From a virus, in the IMG/VR virus record IMGVR_UViG_3300031963_000063, positions 21,487-85,486 of that record: a stretch of DNA of 64,000 nt; one strand, given 5' to 3'. The position numbers and the translations under genes were made by a program. Shown here in pieces: positions 47,750 to 57,824 of this stretch. Position 1 is the stretch's first letter. Each line of letters opens with the position of its first letter. The notes under the pieces were generated by a model. That model did no database searches and was not told the DNA's origin. It was given only the letters and a program-made list of their open reading frames with translations.

Positions 47750-48277
47750 TCAAACAAGTTCGAGTTCCAACACAGAAGAACGAAGATAATTCAATACATT
47801 CTCAGGTGTCGATACTTCATATGGGTCGGTGTCCGCATTGTCACGCATACCGTCTTCCACGAAGAGTTTCTCGATGATTCCATTATCCACGACCGCAGCA
47901 TAACGCCAAGAGCGAGCACCGAAACCAAGGTTAGACTTATTGACCAGATATCCCATAGAGCGAGTGAAGTATGCATTTCCGTCTGGAATGAGTTGAACTT
48001 TCTCAATGTTCTGGTCTTGTGCCCAGGCATTCATAACAAACCCATCATTAACAGATAAACAGTAAATAGCATCAATACCAAGAGCAGTAAACTCCTCGTA
48101 CTTTTCTTCAAATCCAGGGAGTTGATAAGCACTGCAAGTAGGAGTGAATGCACCAGGTAGACTGAAAATAACCACACGCTTATTATCAAAGAGATTGGAA
48201 GATGTGCGAGTAATAAATTGTCCATCTTCACGGAATATGAATTCTACCTGGGGAACTTGATATCCTTCTTTACGCAT
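47750..48277 (-). CDS. Peroxiredoxin (type II / Prx5-like)
   Basis: LPGAFTPTCS, SVNDGFVMNAW, RSWRYA; start at MRKEGY with GGAGG RBS. Confidence 0.9.
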   Translation of the reverse strand: MRKEGYQVPQVEFIFREDGQFITRTSSNLFDNKRVVIFSLPGAFTPTCSAYQLPGFEEKYEEFTALGIDAIYCLSVNDGFVMNAWAQDQNIEKVQLIPDGNAYFTRSMGYLVNKSNLGFGARSWRYAAVVDNGIIEKLFVEDGMRDNADTDPYEVSTPENVLNYLRSSVLELELV

Positions 48278-48288
48278 ATTTACCTCCA

Positions 48289-48396
48289 TCACCATACGCC
48301 AGGAATGATTTGTCCAGTAAAGGCATAAGAGCCCATTGCGGCAACAATACCGATCATTGCTGCCCAACCATTAATACGTTCTGCTTTTTCGTTCAT
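48289..48396 (-). CDS. hli: High-light inducible protein (35 aa)
   Basis: [16 protein letters not shown]...TGQIIPGVW. Confidence 0.9.
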   Translation of the reverse strand: MNEKAERINGWAAMIGIVAAMGSYAFTGQIIPGVW

Positions 48397-48671
48397 TGTT
48401 TTTCTCCTTGATAGGGGTGTTGTTGTTTGAGTTCAGGATTGGGTTGGGAGAAGACCATAGGACTTCTGGTTTTATTCTTGATAACAATAAAAGCGTCGTT
48501 CTGATAAGATACGGTTCCAAATGGTTTCGCCCACTTAGCATTTGCGTCTGGGTGAGTAGCAGTTCCCGTGACTGCTACACCACCAATCTCAACGCAGATT
48601 TCATCTTCACCAGTCCATTCTAATTTTTGAAGGGCAATAGAAAGTTGTCCCAACCAGTCAGCACTTCTCAC
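48393..48671 (-). CDS. Hypothetical protein
   Basis: ORF track; coupled to petF and hli. Confidence 0.6.
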   Translation of the reverse strand: MRSADWLGQLSIALQKLEWTGEDEICVEIGGVAVTGTATHPDANAKWAKPFGTVSYQNDAFIVIKNKTRSPMVFSQPNPELKQQHPYQGEKQ

Positions 48672-48958
48672 AGGTTTTCTTCCTGCTCAGTGAGGATCAC
48701 ACAATCGCTAGTAGGGTAGGCAACACAGGTGAGTACCCAACCATCAGCAATTTGGTCATCATCAAGAAAAGACTGTTCTTCATTATCTACAGTACCACTA
48801 ATCAGTTTACCAGCACAGGCAGAGCAAGCACCTGCCTTACAAGAAGAAGGAAGGTCAACACCTGATTCTTCTGCTGCTTCAAGGATATACTGATCACTTT
48901 CACACTGAATAGTGGTTTCAGATCCGTCAGGAGAACGGAGAGTAACATTGTAAGACAT
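48668..48958 (-). CDS. petF: Plant-type [2Fe-2S] ferredoxin
   Basis: [12 protein letters not shown] ... VLTCVAYP. Confidence 0.95.
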   Translation of the reverse strand: MSYNVTLRSPDGSETTIQCESDQYILEAAEESGVDLPSSCKAGACSACAGKLISGTVDNEEQSFLDDDQIADGWVLTCVAYPTSDCVILTEQEENL

Positions 48959-48961
48959 AAC

Positions 48962-49048
48962 TTAATAAGTTTCTGATAATTGATTTACGGAGTGTGCCAG
49001 TAAAACGAAAAAGGCAACACTAGTAATTGTAAAGATAATTGAAGTCAT
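48962..49048 (-). CDS. 28-aa membrane peptide (MTSIIFTITSVAFFVLLAHSVNQLSETY)
   Basis: Translated by hand; fills the gap between hli and petF. Confidence 0.5.
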   Translation of the reverse strand: MTSIIFTITSVAFFVLLAHSVNQLSETY

Positions 49049-49061
49049 TGTCAATCAATTG

Positions 49062-49256
49062 TCAGAAGATGCCGAAGAAGAGTTTGCCAGTGAGTGCATA
49101 AGAAATAGCACCAGCAACAATGCCGACCATTGCCCAGCGTCCATTGGTTCTCTCCTTTACTTCATTGGGGGTGAGCATCCCATAATTTTCATAATACATT
49201 GTGGGTTCTTTGGCAAACATATTTTGCTGCCCATGCTCATTCGTTGTTACAGTCAT
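49062..49256 (-). CDS. hli: High-light inducible protein (64 aa)
   Basis: MTVTTNEHGQQNMFAKEP N-terminus; ERTNGRWAMVG chlorophyll-binding motif. Confidence 0.9.
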   Translation of the reverse strand: MTVTTNEHGQQNMFAKEPTMYYENYGMLTPNEVKERTNGRWAMVGIVAGAISYALTGKLFFGIF

Positions 49257-49283
49257 TGTACATTCGTTAAGAATTGTTACACA

Positions 49284-49312
49284 ATTATATAGGAAAAATA
49301 AAGAGGTGTCAA
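49284..49312 (-). promoter_or_regulatory. Consensus sigma70 promoter of the hli-petF-hli-prx operon
   Basis: TTGACA-N17-TATAAT. Confidence 0.8.
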
Positions 49313-49352
49313 GCACCCCTTTGTTCGGATATCATAACTTGAGTATAAATGC

Positions 49353-50186
49353 TTACTCTTCTACCTCTTGAACTGACTCTTCTGATTCATTTTTATCTTT
49401 ACTAGATTTAGATATCCGATTTAAATACGGATCATAATTCATCAAATCAGAAATACTCATTTCTGCACCACGATTTTGCCAAAAATTCAATAGTGCGTCA
49501 TGACTTCCTCGATGAAAAATATCAATATGTTCTGGGTGTATTGCAGAACCTAAATCAAGACGATATAGAAAAATAGGAATCGAATATGTTTTACCTGATC
49601 CAAAGATAGTATCCTCAGATACGGCTCTTGGTTTTACATTATTATCAAGTTTAAATTTTTCTTTGCGAATATGATTCTTTATAATCTTTGCTGCATGATG
49701 CCTTGTAATAAGATATGCAGCTGCTGAAAAATCATTGATAAAATAATGGTGTAAAACGACATGAATATCACCTGTACAAATAGTTGTTAATTGTACACAA
49801 TCCCAATCATGTGGAAGTTTGGCAATAAAATCTTTCCAAGTAAAATTCCAAAACTTTGCAAGATCTAAAACAATATCATCTTCAAAAATAAGAGCATAAT
49901 CGTCATTTGTATTTTCATAAAAATGTTTGATTGCTTTTAGATGAGACATACAGCAGCCAATTTCATTCTGAGACATATTATCAGGGGCACGACCACTTAG
50001 GTGCTCACACACATCATCAGTTCTTCCATCAAATCCAGAAATTCGAGTATGATTTTCAATTTGCCAATAAGCAAATTGAGTTTCCATATACTCACGGCGA
50101 TGGGTATCACCATCTAAATTTAACCAATAAATTGGTGGAAGACCTTTTAATTTATATACTGATTTGTTTTTATCTAAGATTTCCAT
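49353..50186 (-). CDS. Glycosyltransferase family 25
   Basis: YWLNLD...RR, RISGFDG, EIGCCMSH, IFEDD, AAYLIT. Confidence 0.85.
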   Translation of the reverse strand: MEILDKNKSVYKLKGLPPIYWLNLDGDTHRREYMETQFAYWQIENHTRISGFDGRTDDVCEHLSGRAPDNMSQNEIGCCMSHLKAIKHFYENTNDDYALIFEDDIVLDLAKFWNFTWKDFIAKLPHDWDCVQLTTICTGDIHVVLHHYFINDFSAAAYLITRHHAAKIIKNHIRKEKFKLDNNVKPRAVSEDTIFGSGKTYSIPIFLYRLDLGSAIHPEHIDIFHRGSHDALLNFWQNRGAEMSISDLMNYDPYLNRISKSSKDKNESEESVQEVEE

Positions 50187-51733
50187 TATTCAAAATATTT
50201 AATAAGTTTTTCTCTATCACCTTTAATATAACTAATACATTCTTGAATATCTTTTGGAAGACTATTCCAGAGATTAGACATTTCTTCAGATGCAGAATTT
50301 TTGCTATAGAAAGTACCTAGAGGATGCTTAGCAGTATGATTGTAATCTCTTATTACAGGTCTTGTCATTAAGAATGAAATGGCATTCATAACAAAATCCC
50401 AACCCCAACCATACTTTAATTTATCTGGAGTCATGTATTGCAATAGTTTTCTATTATAAAATTCTTTTATAATGTCCGAATGAATAAACCAAACAGTTTC
50501 ATCCGTACATGCTACCATCTTAATATTTTGATCTTCAGACTCAATACCATTAATATCAGTATTTTCTGGAGTATACCACACATTTTCTACATTTGGAGCA
50601 TATACACCCCATTCGTATAAGTTATAATATTTTTTAGCATCATTTACTAAAGATTCCCAATTATCATATGTCGCATCACCTTGTACGTGGAAGAATACTT
50701 TTTTATCGGATCTGAATAACTCCAGTGCTTTATTAAATTGTCCACCAAAATAAGCATCATCTCCAATATCAATCCAACCTGGTCTTGTATTTTCTTCATC
50801 ACTATTGATGACAGTAACATCATCAAATATTTTTCTCAATGCATCCTCAGTTGCACAGGTTTTTTTAAATTGATTTCTCCAATTAAAAATAAAAGGTTGA
50901 ATATCTTTTGTACGAATTTGAGGAAATCTTTCCAAATATCCTCTGACATTAAAATCTAAATGATCCCCATGATCATTACTACTGTGCAGATCTTGATATA
51001 GAATTTCAAGAAATGGGTTCAAGATTCTTGCATAGTTTGTAATATTAGAAGATTTACCAATGATAGTTTTACACATTGATAATGTGGTTGCATCAATCAA
51101 AACTTCATCTCCAGCAAGAACTCTTTCTGGACTATTGGGTTGAGCCTGAATCGAATAATGAAGACCAGCAGAACTCATAGTACGTTGATGGTCATAATAA
51201 TAAACTTTAATATTTGAAAAATAATTTTCAAATTCATCAATTATATTTGTCTGGTCTGTTGCTAAAAATATACAATCATATCCACCAGAAGAAAATTCTT
51301 CCTCTGTTGTTTTCAAATACTTTTTAACATCAACAAATTCTGTATGTCCTACACCATCAGTACCCCGATAATGGACACCTAGTGCGTTTTTATATTTTTC
51401 TACAGGTATATCATTTATTTTTTTCTGCATCCTTTCATTATAAGGAATATACTTTCGATACTTATCTAAATCAAAATCTCTAAATGAAGCCCATGGATAA
51501 TCACAATCCCATCCATCTTGAGTATTAAAAGTTCTATCGGCATCATCAGAAACTTTTAGTTCATCAAACCAGTTATTTGGATTTCCATATAACATAAACA
51601 TTGATGGAGATACACATACCTTTTCAAGATCTATACCTCTTTTTTCTAAGGTCCTAAAACTTGTAAGTATTGTCAGATAATTTGAAAGAAAACCTCTATG
51701 CATTCCTTCGATAAGTTTAACTTTAAATGTCAT
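50186..51733 (-). CDS. Two-domain glycosyltransferase (NodZ/alpha-1,6-fucosyltransferase-like plus second domain)
   Basis: GVHYRGTD, IFLATD, SSN motifs in N-half; GWGWD in C-half. Confidence 0.65.
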   Translation of the reverse strand: MTFKVKLIEGMHRGFLSNYLTILTSFRTLEKRGIDLEKVCVSPSMFMLYGNPNNWFDELKVSDDADRTFNTQDGWDCDYPWASFRDFDLDKYRKYIPYNERMQKKINDIPVEKYKNALGVHYRGTDGVGHTEFVDVKKYLKTTEEEFSSGGYDCIFLATDQTNIIDEFENYFSNIKVYYYDHQRTMSSAGLHYSIQAQPNSPERVLAGDEVLIDATTLSMCKTIIGKSSNITNYARILNPFLEILYQDLHSSNDHGDHLDFNVRGYLERFPQIRTKDIQPFIFNWRNQFKKTCATEDALRKIFDDVTVINSDEENTRPGWIDIGDDAYFGGQFNKALELFRSDKKVFFHVQGDATYDNWESLVNDAKKYYNLYEWGVYAPNVENVWYTPENTDINGIESEDQNIKMVACTDETVWFIHSDIIKEFYNRKLLQYMTPDKLKYGWGWDFVMNAISFLMTRPVIRDYNHTAKHPLGTFYSKNSASEEMSNLWNSLPKDIQECISYIKGDREKLIKYFE

Positions 51734-51735
51734 GT

Positions 51736-52092
51736 TTAATCACCTTTAATTAATCGATAGCTATCTTCATCAAAATGCTGTGTTGAAAACTCAAAGAGTT
51801 CAGTATCTTCCAATGCAATCATTTGATGTCTTAACCCACGGTAAATATGGAATTTATCCCCAGGTGTTAATATAATGTCATGGGCAAGTGCAATATCATC
51901 TTCGTGATAGTATTTTAAATGAATCTTTCCTGACTGTATGTAAAAAGTTTCATCTTTGAGTTTATGATAATGCCAAGAACACCTTCCCCCCTTTACAAAA
52001 TAAAGAAGTTTTCCACAGTATTCTTCACAGTTTACAATCCATTTTTCAAATCCCCATCCTTTGGGGACAAACTTAATCTCCGAAGAATTCAT
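51736..52092 (-). CDS. Cupin, sugar isomerase-like
   Basis: KGWGFEKW, SWHYHKLKDETFY, RH, EFST. Confidence 0.75.
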   Translation of the reverse strand: MNSSEIKFVPKGWGFEKWIVNCEEYCGKLLYFVKGGRCSWHYHKLKDETFYIQSGKIHLKYYHEDDIALAHDIILTPGDKFHIYRGLRHQMIALEDTELFEFSTQHFDEDSYRLIKGD

Positions 52093-52405
52093 TAGCATTC
52101 ATCCCTTTGTCGTCAATGTAATAATCACCAGAGGGTTTACCTAAAACTAACTTATGATACTTACAACCCCAACTATCTAATTGATTTTTTGTAAGTTCAT
52201 AAAAAGTTTTTTGTGCTAAGTCAGCACGATTACCATACCTACCCATACCTCTAGCAGTAAGATAAATGATTTGGTGTCCTTCATCATACAATTTATTTAT
52301 TTTAGCAATTCGATCCGATTTTGGAATACTAGTTTCATAGTCACAATCTTCTCGACATTCTGGTTTATCACAGATTGTGCCGTCAATATCAATTACATAT
52401 TTCAT
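52073..52405 (-). CDS. HAD-superfamily phosphatase (capsule biosynthesis type)
   Basis: DIDGT, TARG, KP...YIDDK. Confidence 0.8.
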   Translation of the reverse strand: MKYVIDIDGTICDKPECREDCDYETSIPKSDRIAKINKLYDEGHQIIYLTARGMGRYGNRADLAQKTFYELTKNQLDSWGCKYHKLVLGKPSGDYYIDDKGMNANEFFGD

Positions 52406-53138
52406 AAACATCTTGTTTAGTTAGCACATGAGTTCCAAAGTTTTGAACAGCAATTGATGCTGCTTTATTTGCATAAGGTATTGCTTCTTCTATTCTACCA
52501 TACTTAAGAAAAAAGTAAACTAGTGCTGAAAGAAATGTATCCCCTGCCCCGACAACATCAAATACGTTTACTTTTTTTCCTGGATAATTAACTCCTTCAT
52601 ATTCTGCGCCATTTGATCCTTTTGTAATGATCAAATTAGTATGTTTACTTTGAAGACGTTTTGATTCATCTTCATTAATTTTGATATAACAATTTGATTC
52701 TGGTAAATCAGTTTTTTTACTATCAACAAATACTGGGCATTTTGAATTAAAAACAATCTGAAATAACTTTTCTTTTGTAATAAATCCTTTATCATAATCG
52801 GATATTACGATTGCATCAAAATGATCTTGAGGTAGATCATACTCCATTGGTTTAATCACACCTTCAGTATCAACTCTTAAAATCTGATGATTATACTTTT
52901 CATCAATGTACCTAGTCTTTATAATCTTCTCCTGATTAGTAAGCATATAAACTTCTATACCAAAAGACATGAGATTTTCTCTCACGTTCCAAGCCATGCC
53001 CTGTCGTATTTCTTTTCTATGAAACTTAAGAATTGGAACTGGTGCTTCTGGGTTTAATCGTTCACATACTCCATAGACATATTCGTCTATACAACTATCC
53101 CCTATCAATAATACTTTGAATTGTTTTTGTTGTGGCAT
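52389..53138 (-). CDS. PfkB-family heptose-7-phosphate kinase (RfaE/HldE domain I-like)
   Basis: IGDSCIDEY...RLNPEAPVP, ISDYDKG, DVVGAGDTF. Confidence 0.85.
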   Translation of the reverse strand: MPQQKQFKVLLIGDSCIDEYVYGVCERLNPEAPVPILKFHRKEIRQGMAWNVRENLMSFGIEVYMLTNQEKIIKTRYIDEKYNHQILRVDTEGVIKPMEYDLPQDHFDAIVISDYDKGFITKEKLFQIVFNSKCPVFVDSKKTDLPESNCYIKINEDESKRLQSKHTNLIITKGSNGAEYEGVNYPGKKVNVFDVVGAGDTFLSALVYFFLKYGRIEEAIPYANKAASIAVQNFGTHVLTKQDVYEICN

Positions 53139-53493
53139 AATCACCTATTCTATCAAAGAACATAAGTTTTGTTGCATAGTGTGATCCTATAACAGGTTTT
53201 CCTCTCCAATCGGAGCCTACAATCATTATATCAGGTTTAAAAGATTCTATCATAGATTCCAATTCATTGTCAGTTGAAAAAAACTTTACTTGATCAACTG
53301 CTTTTAAATTTTCTAAAAAAAATTTTCTTTCTTCTTGATTATATATTGGTCTTGTTGGTCCCTTCTTTTCTTTGACTCTTTCATCAGTATCAATTCCAAC
53401 CAACAAAAAATCTCCTAAACTTTTTGCATAATTTAAAAGTTCTAAATGACCTCGATGTAGAATATCAAAGGTTCCGTTTACAAAAATATTCAT
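53095..53493 (-). CDS. Cytidylyl/adenylyltransferase (RfaE/HldE domain II-like)
   Basis: NGTFDILHRGH, KGPTRPI, GSDW. Confidence 0.85.
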   Translation of the reverse strand: MNIFVNGTFDILHRGHLELLNYAKSLGDFLLVGIDTDERVKEKKGPTRPIYNQEERKFFLENLKAVDQVKFFSTDNELESMIESFKPDIMIVGSDWRGKPVIGSHYATKLMFFDRIGDYATTKTIQSIIDRG

Positions 53494-53494
53494 A

Positions 53495-54052
53495 TCAGTG
53501 TTTAAAAATAACCAATAAACCCCTATGGCATCTTTCACCAGGCAAAGTAGATTTATTAAAAAGTTTATGATGAATGCTTTTCTCTTGACACTTTTCCAAA
53601 ATCTCAACTAAGTTTGGAAAACTTCCTTCGATTTCTGGAAAAATATTCACATCATGATAAATTAATATGCCTTCTGGTAGAAGTAAATTTTCATAAACAT
53701 ATTCAAACCATTCATTAGTATGGTGATGATCTGCATCAGACATTATAAAATCATACTTATCTTCTGTAGAAAAAACAAAATCCTTTTCATCAGAAGTTAC
53801 TATATTAATTTTATCAGAATACTTTTCCTTTACCTCATTTGGCATGGAAAATCCAAAGTCATACCAATTATCAACAAGAGTATACTTAGGATTATTTTGA
53901 TTAAACTCGATTGAATTTAAAATTTGATCCGTGACTCTTCCACCACCAATTCCAAGTTCTAAAATATTTTGTGGTTTATGAGCTGCAACTAATCCACCAA
54001 TCGCATATGCATGAACTAAATCAATTTTTACACTTTCATTTTGACCGAACAT
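53495..54052 (-). CDS. Class I SAM methyltransferase
   Basis: ILELGIGGG, DFIMSDADH, LIYHD. Confidence 0.75.
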   Translation of the reverse strand: MFGQNESVKIDLVHAYAIGGLVAAHKPQNILELGIGGGRVTDQILNSIEFNQNNPKYTLVDNWYDFGFSMPNEVKEKYSDKINIVTSDEKDFVFSTEDKYDFIMSDADHHHTNEWFEYVYENLLLPEGILIYHDVNIFPEIEGSFPNLVEILEKCQEKSIHHKLFNKSTLPGERCHRGLLVIFKH

Positions 54053-54053
54053 T

Positions 54054-54932
54054 TTAATCTCCCACGATAGAACGAATATGGTCAGAAACTTCTTCAGAAA
54101 CTATACTATAAATCCACTGATACTGATCACCAACTGGTTTAATAGTCTCCATAGTTCCAACACCAGCACCATGAAGAATACTAGTTCTTAATGGTTGACC
54201 AGTAATGGGATGATCAATAAAAATTTGATCGTCTTTTACATACAAAGTTTTCCAACTTTCACAATGATCAGTTTGTCCCCAAGTATTAACTATACCATAA
54301 GTAACGCCTGATCCCTCCCTATCAATAATTTCACTAGTATACTTATCTTTAGCATGAAAAATATGATTCCAAGTATCTTGCTCATTACGAATTAATGGCC
54401 ATGGTTTAAATGTAAAAGTTCTACAATCACTTTGTTCTGCAATAAACTTATTGAATTCTAACCATTCGTACCAAAACTGTTTGTCATTAGAAGCAACAAA
54501 TCCAGCATTAACAAAATCAGAACCACCAATCATCCCACCATTTCCATATGGTTCATAAAAGGGAACGACACATGGTTGAGATGCTCCTGCTTTACCAAAA
54601 AAATTATTGTTTCTAACACCAATAAGTTCTTTATCAGATTCAATAACTTTGTCAAGACTTCCAATACAGACACAATCAGCATCTAGTAAAATAATCATGT
54701 CATAATCTTCGACATAAGGAAGACAAGTAATTACTTTTATCCAATCTTGATACTTAACTTTTTCTGATAACAACCAAGAATTTTCTTTTTTAATTTTTTC
54801 AGTTTGTTCAGAGTCAACAATATAAAAGTCAATCTCTGGATGGAAATAGTTAATTGATTTTTTTAATTTTTCTGGTTTTAGATACACTGCATAGTCATCA
54901 GTACACCAAGTTACAGCTGCAATCTTTTTCAT
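54054..54932 (-). CDS. Putative GT-A glycosyltransferase (GT8-like)
   Basis: LDAD, VNAGF, EQD motifs. Confidence 0.7.
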   Translation of the reverse strand: MKKIAAVTWCTDDYAVYLKPEKLKKSINYFHPEIDFYIVDSEQTEKIKKENSWLLSEKVKYQDWIKVITCLPYVEDYDMIILLDADCVCIGSLDKVIESDKELIGVRNNNFFGKAGASQPCVVPFYEPYGNGGMIGGSDFVNAGFVASNDKQFWYEWLEFNKFIAEQSDCRTFTFKPWPLIRNEQDTWNHIFHAKDKYTSEIIDREGSGVTYGIVNTWGQTDHCESWKTLYVKDDQIFIDHPITGQPLRTSILHGAGVGTMETIKPVGDQYQWIYSIVSEEVSDHIRSIVGD

Positions 54933-55726
54933 TTTTTAAAAGGGTAATCAACAACTGACCAACGGTTACCACCAGTTGTCCAGCAATTTGTTTGAGTGAT
55001 ATTGTTCATACGAATATCATGATAAAAGAGTTTTGGTTTAATCTTCATACAAACACTATCAACTAAACAGAAGAAACTACTATTAACACAATGTATTTCT
55101 TTTGCGTTCTCAATTAATTTCATATAAGACAACATATTAGTTGTTTGACCAACTTTGATATCGATTACTTTTATATCTGGAACGGAACCTATTTGGTTTC
55201 TTCTCCAGTTCCAAAGATCAATTGGATAATCTTCCTCTGCACTGGAATTCCTATGCACAATAATATAGTCTTTTTCAGATTCTGTCAACTTATCATAAAC
55301 TTCATCAACTCCAGGTATCTCTTTTGGAAGAATAAATTTTTCATATCTTTCTTTAAAAAGAATATTTGCTTGTTCATAAAATTGTCTATCAAAATTAACT
55401 GCAAAAAATTCTGCTGGACTATTTACTCTTTGCAATTTTCTATAATAAACATTTTCAAACCCAATTCTAGTTACTGGCCACTCTTTTTCTTTGGCCCATG
55501 GAAACATTTCTTGTTCTAAAGTTGCCCAATCATCATTAAAAGGATGAACAATTATATTCTCAAAGTCTTGGTAGAGACAACTTATCGTTTCATAGTATCT
55601 TTTATGACATGGAAGATGAAGTCTTTCGCACAGTTGCTCGGCATAAATGTGAACAATTGCATTACAAATAAAATGATCACCTAGAGAAGTATGGTGATGA
55701 AAAACTAGATCAGGAATTTTTTTCAT
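54929..55726 (-). CDS. Putative glycosyltransferase (GT-B-like)
   Basis: SLGDHF, IIVH, AKEIHCVNSSF. Confidence 0.55.
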   Translation of the reverse strand: MKKIPDLVFHHHTSLGDHFICNAIVHIYAEQLCERLHLPCHKRYYETISCLYQDFENIIVHPFNDDWATLEQEMFPWAKEKEWPVTRIGFENVYYRKLQRVNSPAEFFAVNFDRQFYEQANILFKERYEKFILPKEIPGVDEVYDKLTESEKDYIIVHRNSSAEEDYPIDLWNWRRNQIGSVPDIKVIDIKVGQTTNMLSYMKLIENAKEIHCVNSSFFCLVDSVCMKIKPKLFYHDIRMNNITQTNCWTTGGNRWSVVDYPFKK

Positions 55727-56301
55727 TTTACTATGCACGTAGATTGTTCATGAACAGTTCTTGTAATCCATTCATATGAAGTTTTTGTTCTTTCGCAATA
55801 TTCTAACCACGCTTTAATCTCATGATCTCGAAATTCTGGATAATTATAAATCTCATCAAAAGAAATCACCGTTCCAGATACAATTTGATTTTCAAGTTTA
55901 TCTAAAACATATTTTGTAGAAGAATACAAGTCGGCATCCAAATGCAAATAAGCAACTGGTTCAGAATGATTTTCTAAAAATTCTTCTAGAGTATCTTGAA
56001 ATAACCCAACTACCAATTCCACATTGTCACGAACAGTTGGAAGATTTCCATTTGTACTATACATACCCTTTGGTTGATGATTGCCCCAATCTTCAGGTAA
56101 TCCTAAAAAACTATCAAAACCATAAACTATATTTGAAGTTTGTGATGAAATAATATTAATTGTAGTTCCAGAACAAACTCCAAATTCTAACCACAAACCA
56201 TCATTCTTTACATGAGTTAAGGTATTAATAAAGTATTCATGTGTCCATTGTAGGGGAGAAAGTGATTCTATTTTTGCTATTTCGGAATCTATAGTATTCA
56301 T
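55723..56301 (-). CDS. TylF/MycF-like O-methyltransferase
   Basis: LEFGVCSG, GFDSFLGLPE, HLDADLYSST, FDE. Confidence 0.8.
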   Translation of the reverse strand: MNTIDSEIAKIESLSPLQWTHEYFINTLTHVKNDGLWLEFGVCSGTTINIISSQTSNIVYGFDSFLGLPEDWGNHQPKGMYSTNGNLPTVRDNVELVVGLFQDTLEEFLENHSEPVAYLHLDADLYSSTKYVLDKLENQIVSGTVISFDEIYNYPEFRDHEIKAWLEYCERTKTSYEWITRTVHEQSTCIVK

Positions 56302-57158
56302 GTTAAAACTCCATGTTCATTAAATTGATAAACGTTTTCAAGATTTCCTCTATAAAGATTAGTAAACATTGCAACATTGCCAGTATGATTGACAAGATAT
56401 TTACATTTAGATACTACTCTAAATGCGGCATCACACCATTGTTGCCAATCTATAGAGTCTCCACCATTGTTTTCTATTATTTGCCAGATAACAGTATTTG
56501 AAGTTGTTGATGGAGTCTCTTCAAAAAATACTAATTTATCTCCTAATACAGAATGAAAATATTGAATTACTTGAGTTTGATCTGTCTGCAGTAATACTTT
56601 AAAATCTGGATTTTCATTTAAAATATTTTTAACAACAGAAAGATATGCTTCGGGAGAAGCTAAAGTAAGTTCTGTTCCTTTATCTGTTCCTCTATAAGAA
56701 ACAGATATTGTTTTTGATGGATCGATCTGATATTTATTTTCTAAAAATTTTATTCTTTCACTAACAACATCATTAGGATTAAAAAACCTGTTTATAATTT
56801 TGGTATAAGTTTCAAAATCATATATCTCGGGTTGATATTTATTAGAGTCGGGAAGATCTATTTGTTTAAAAAGATCTAAAGATTGATCTGCATTTATTTT
56901 ATGAAAATGAGGATAGATGTCTAGATTTGGATCTTTCTTAAAATGCCTGAACCCCAAAGAATAATCTATTCTATCAGGAACAATACCATGACGCATAAGA
57001 ATAAGTAGAGAATTGAAGACTTGAAATTGATTGGAGTAAAACCCACAATTCCAAAGACAATACAATTCATTAACTTCTGGATGTGCTAATAAATCACACC
57101 CAGCAAATCGACCCGTAGTTCCAGAAGCAACTACATATTTACAATTATGTAACCTCAT
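56298..57158 (-). CDS. NodZ-like fucosyltransferase
   Basis: GFYSN, YRGTDK, LQTD motifs. Confidence 0.6.
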   Translation of the reverse strand: MRLHNCKYVVASGTTGRFAGCDLLAHPEVNELYCLWNCGFYSNQFQVFNSLLILMRHGIVPDRIDYSLGFRHFKKDPNLDIYPHFHKINADQSLDLFKQIDLPDSNKYQPEIYDFETYTKIINRFFNPNDVVSERIKFLENKYQIDPSKTISVSYRGTDKGTELTLASPEAYLSVVKNILNENPDFKVLLQTDQTQVIQYFHSVLGDKLVFFEETPSTTSNTVIWQIIENNGGDSIDWQQWCDAAFRVVSKCKYLVNHTGNVAMFTNLYRGNLENVYQFNEHGVLT

Positions 57159-57817
57159 TATGCTCCAACAATATAATTGCGAAGTTTATCCTGATCAACA
57201 CTAATTGGGAAGCAAATCAAATATCCTTCTTGAAGATATGACTCAACGATGACATGCGTTTCATCTAAAAGTTCATAGACAAAATCTAAACTATCTCCAC
57301 CGTGAAGTGCTTTGTTTTCAAAATTACCATTTTCATATGGTCCTTCTTGATAAATTCTAATATCATCGATAACAATAATATCATTACTTACATCTCTTTT
57401 TTGACAGATGATTCTCAACTCACCTTCTAAAGGTATTTTAATATAGTCTGGATCATCTTTTATAACTTCACGATTATAAGCATCACGATAAGAATCTGGA
57501 AAATGAGCATCTAAGAAGAATAAGGTCGGTTTTTCATCTAGTTCATCAAGCACTTTTGGCAATTCATCATGACTATTACCATGATGCATTAAAACATTAG
57601 TGTTATCTTTGAAATAAGTTACTGCTTCATTATAAATTCTATCTAGAATTTCAATAGAATGCATTTTTAAATTTTCTATCTTAAGACGAGAAACTTGAAG
57701 TAAAGAATTCTGACCGTAAGAATCTAAGATTCCTCCAGTTCCAGTTTCGACATAATTTTGAATTTTGAAATCTTCAAAGGTAGATTGAAGATTGATTGCA
57801 TTTTGTAGTTTTGCCAT
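57158..57817 (-). CDS. Putative methyltransferase-fold protein
   Basis: VETGT, SIEI, GNS, FFLDAH, VIDD. Confidence 0.6.
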   Translation of the reverse strand: MAKLQNAINLQSTFEDFKIQNYVETGTGGILDSYGQNSLLQVSRLKIENLKMHSIEILDRIYNEAVTYFKDNTNVLMHHGNSHDELPKVLDELDEKPTLFFLDAHFPDSYRDAYNREVIKDDPDYIKIPLEGELRIICQKRDVSNDIIVIDDIRIYQEGPYENGNFENKALHGGDSLDFVYELLDETHVIVESYLQEGYLICFPISVDQDKLRNYIVGA

Positions 57818-57824
57818 TTTATTA

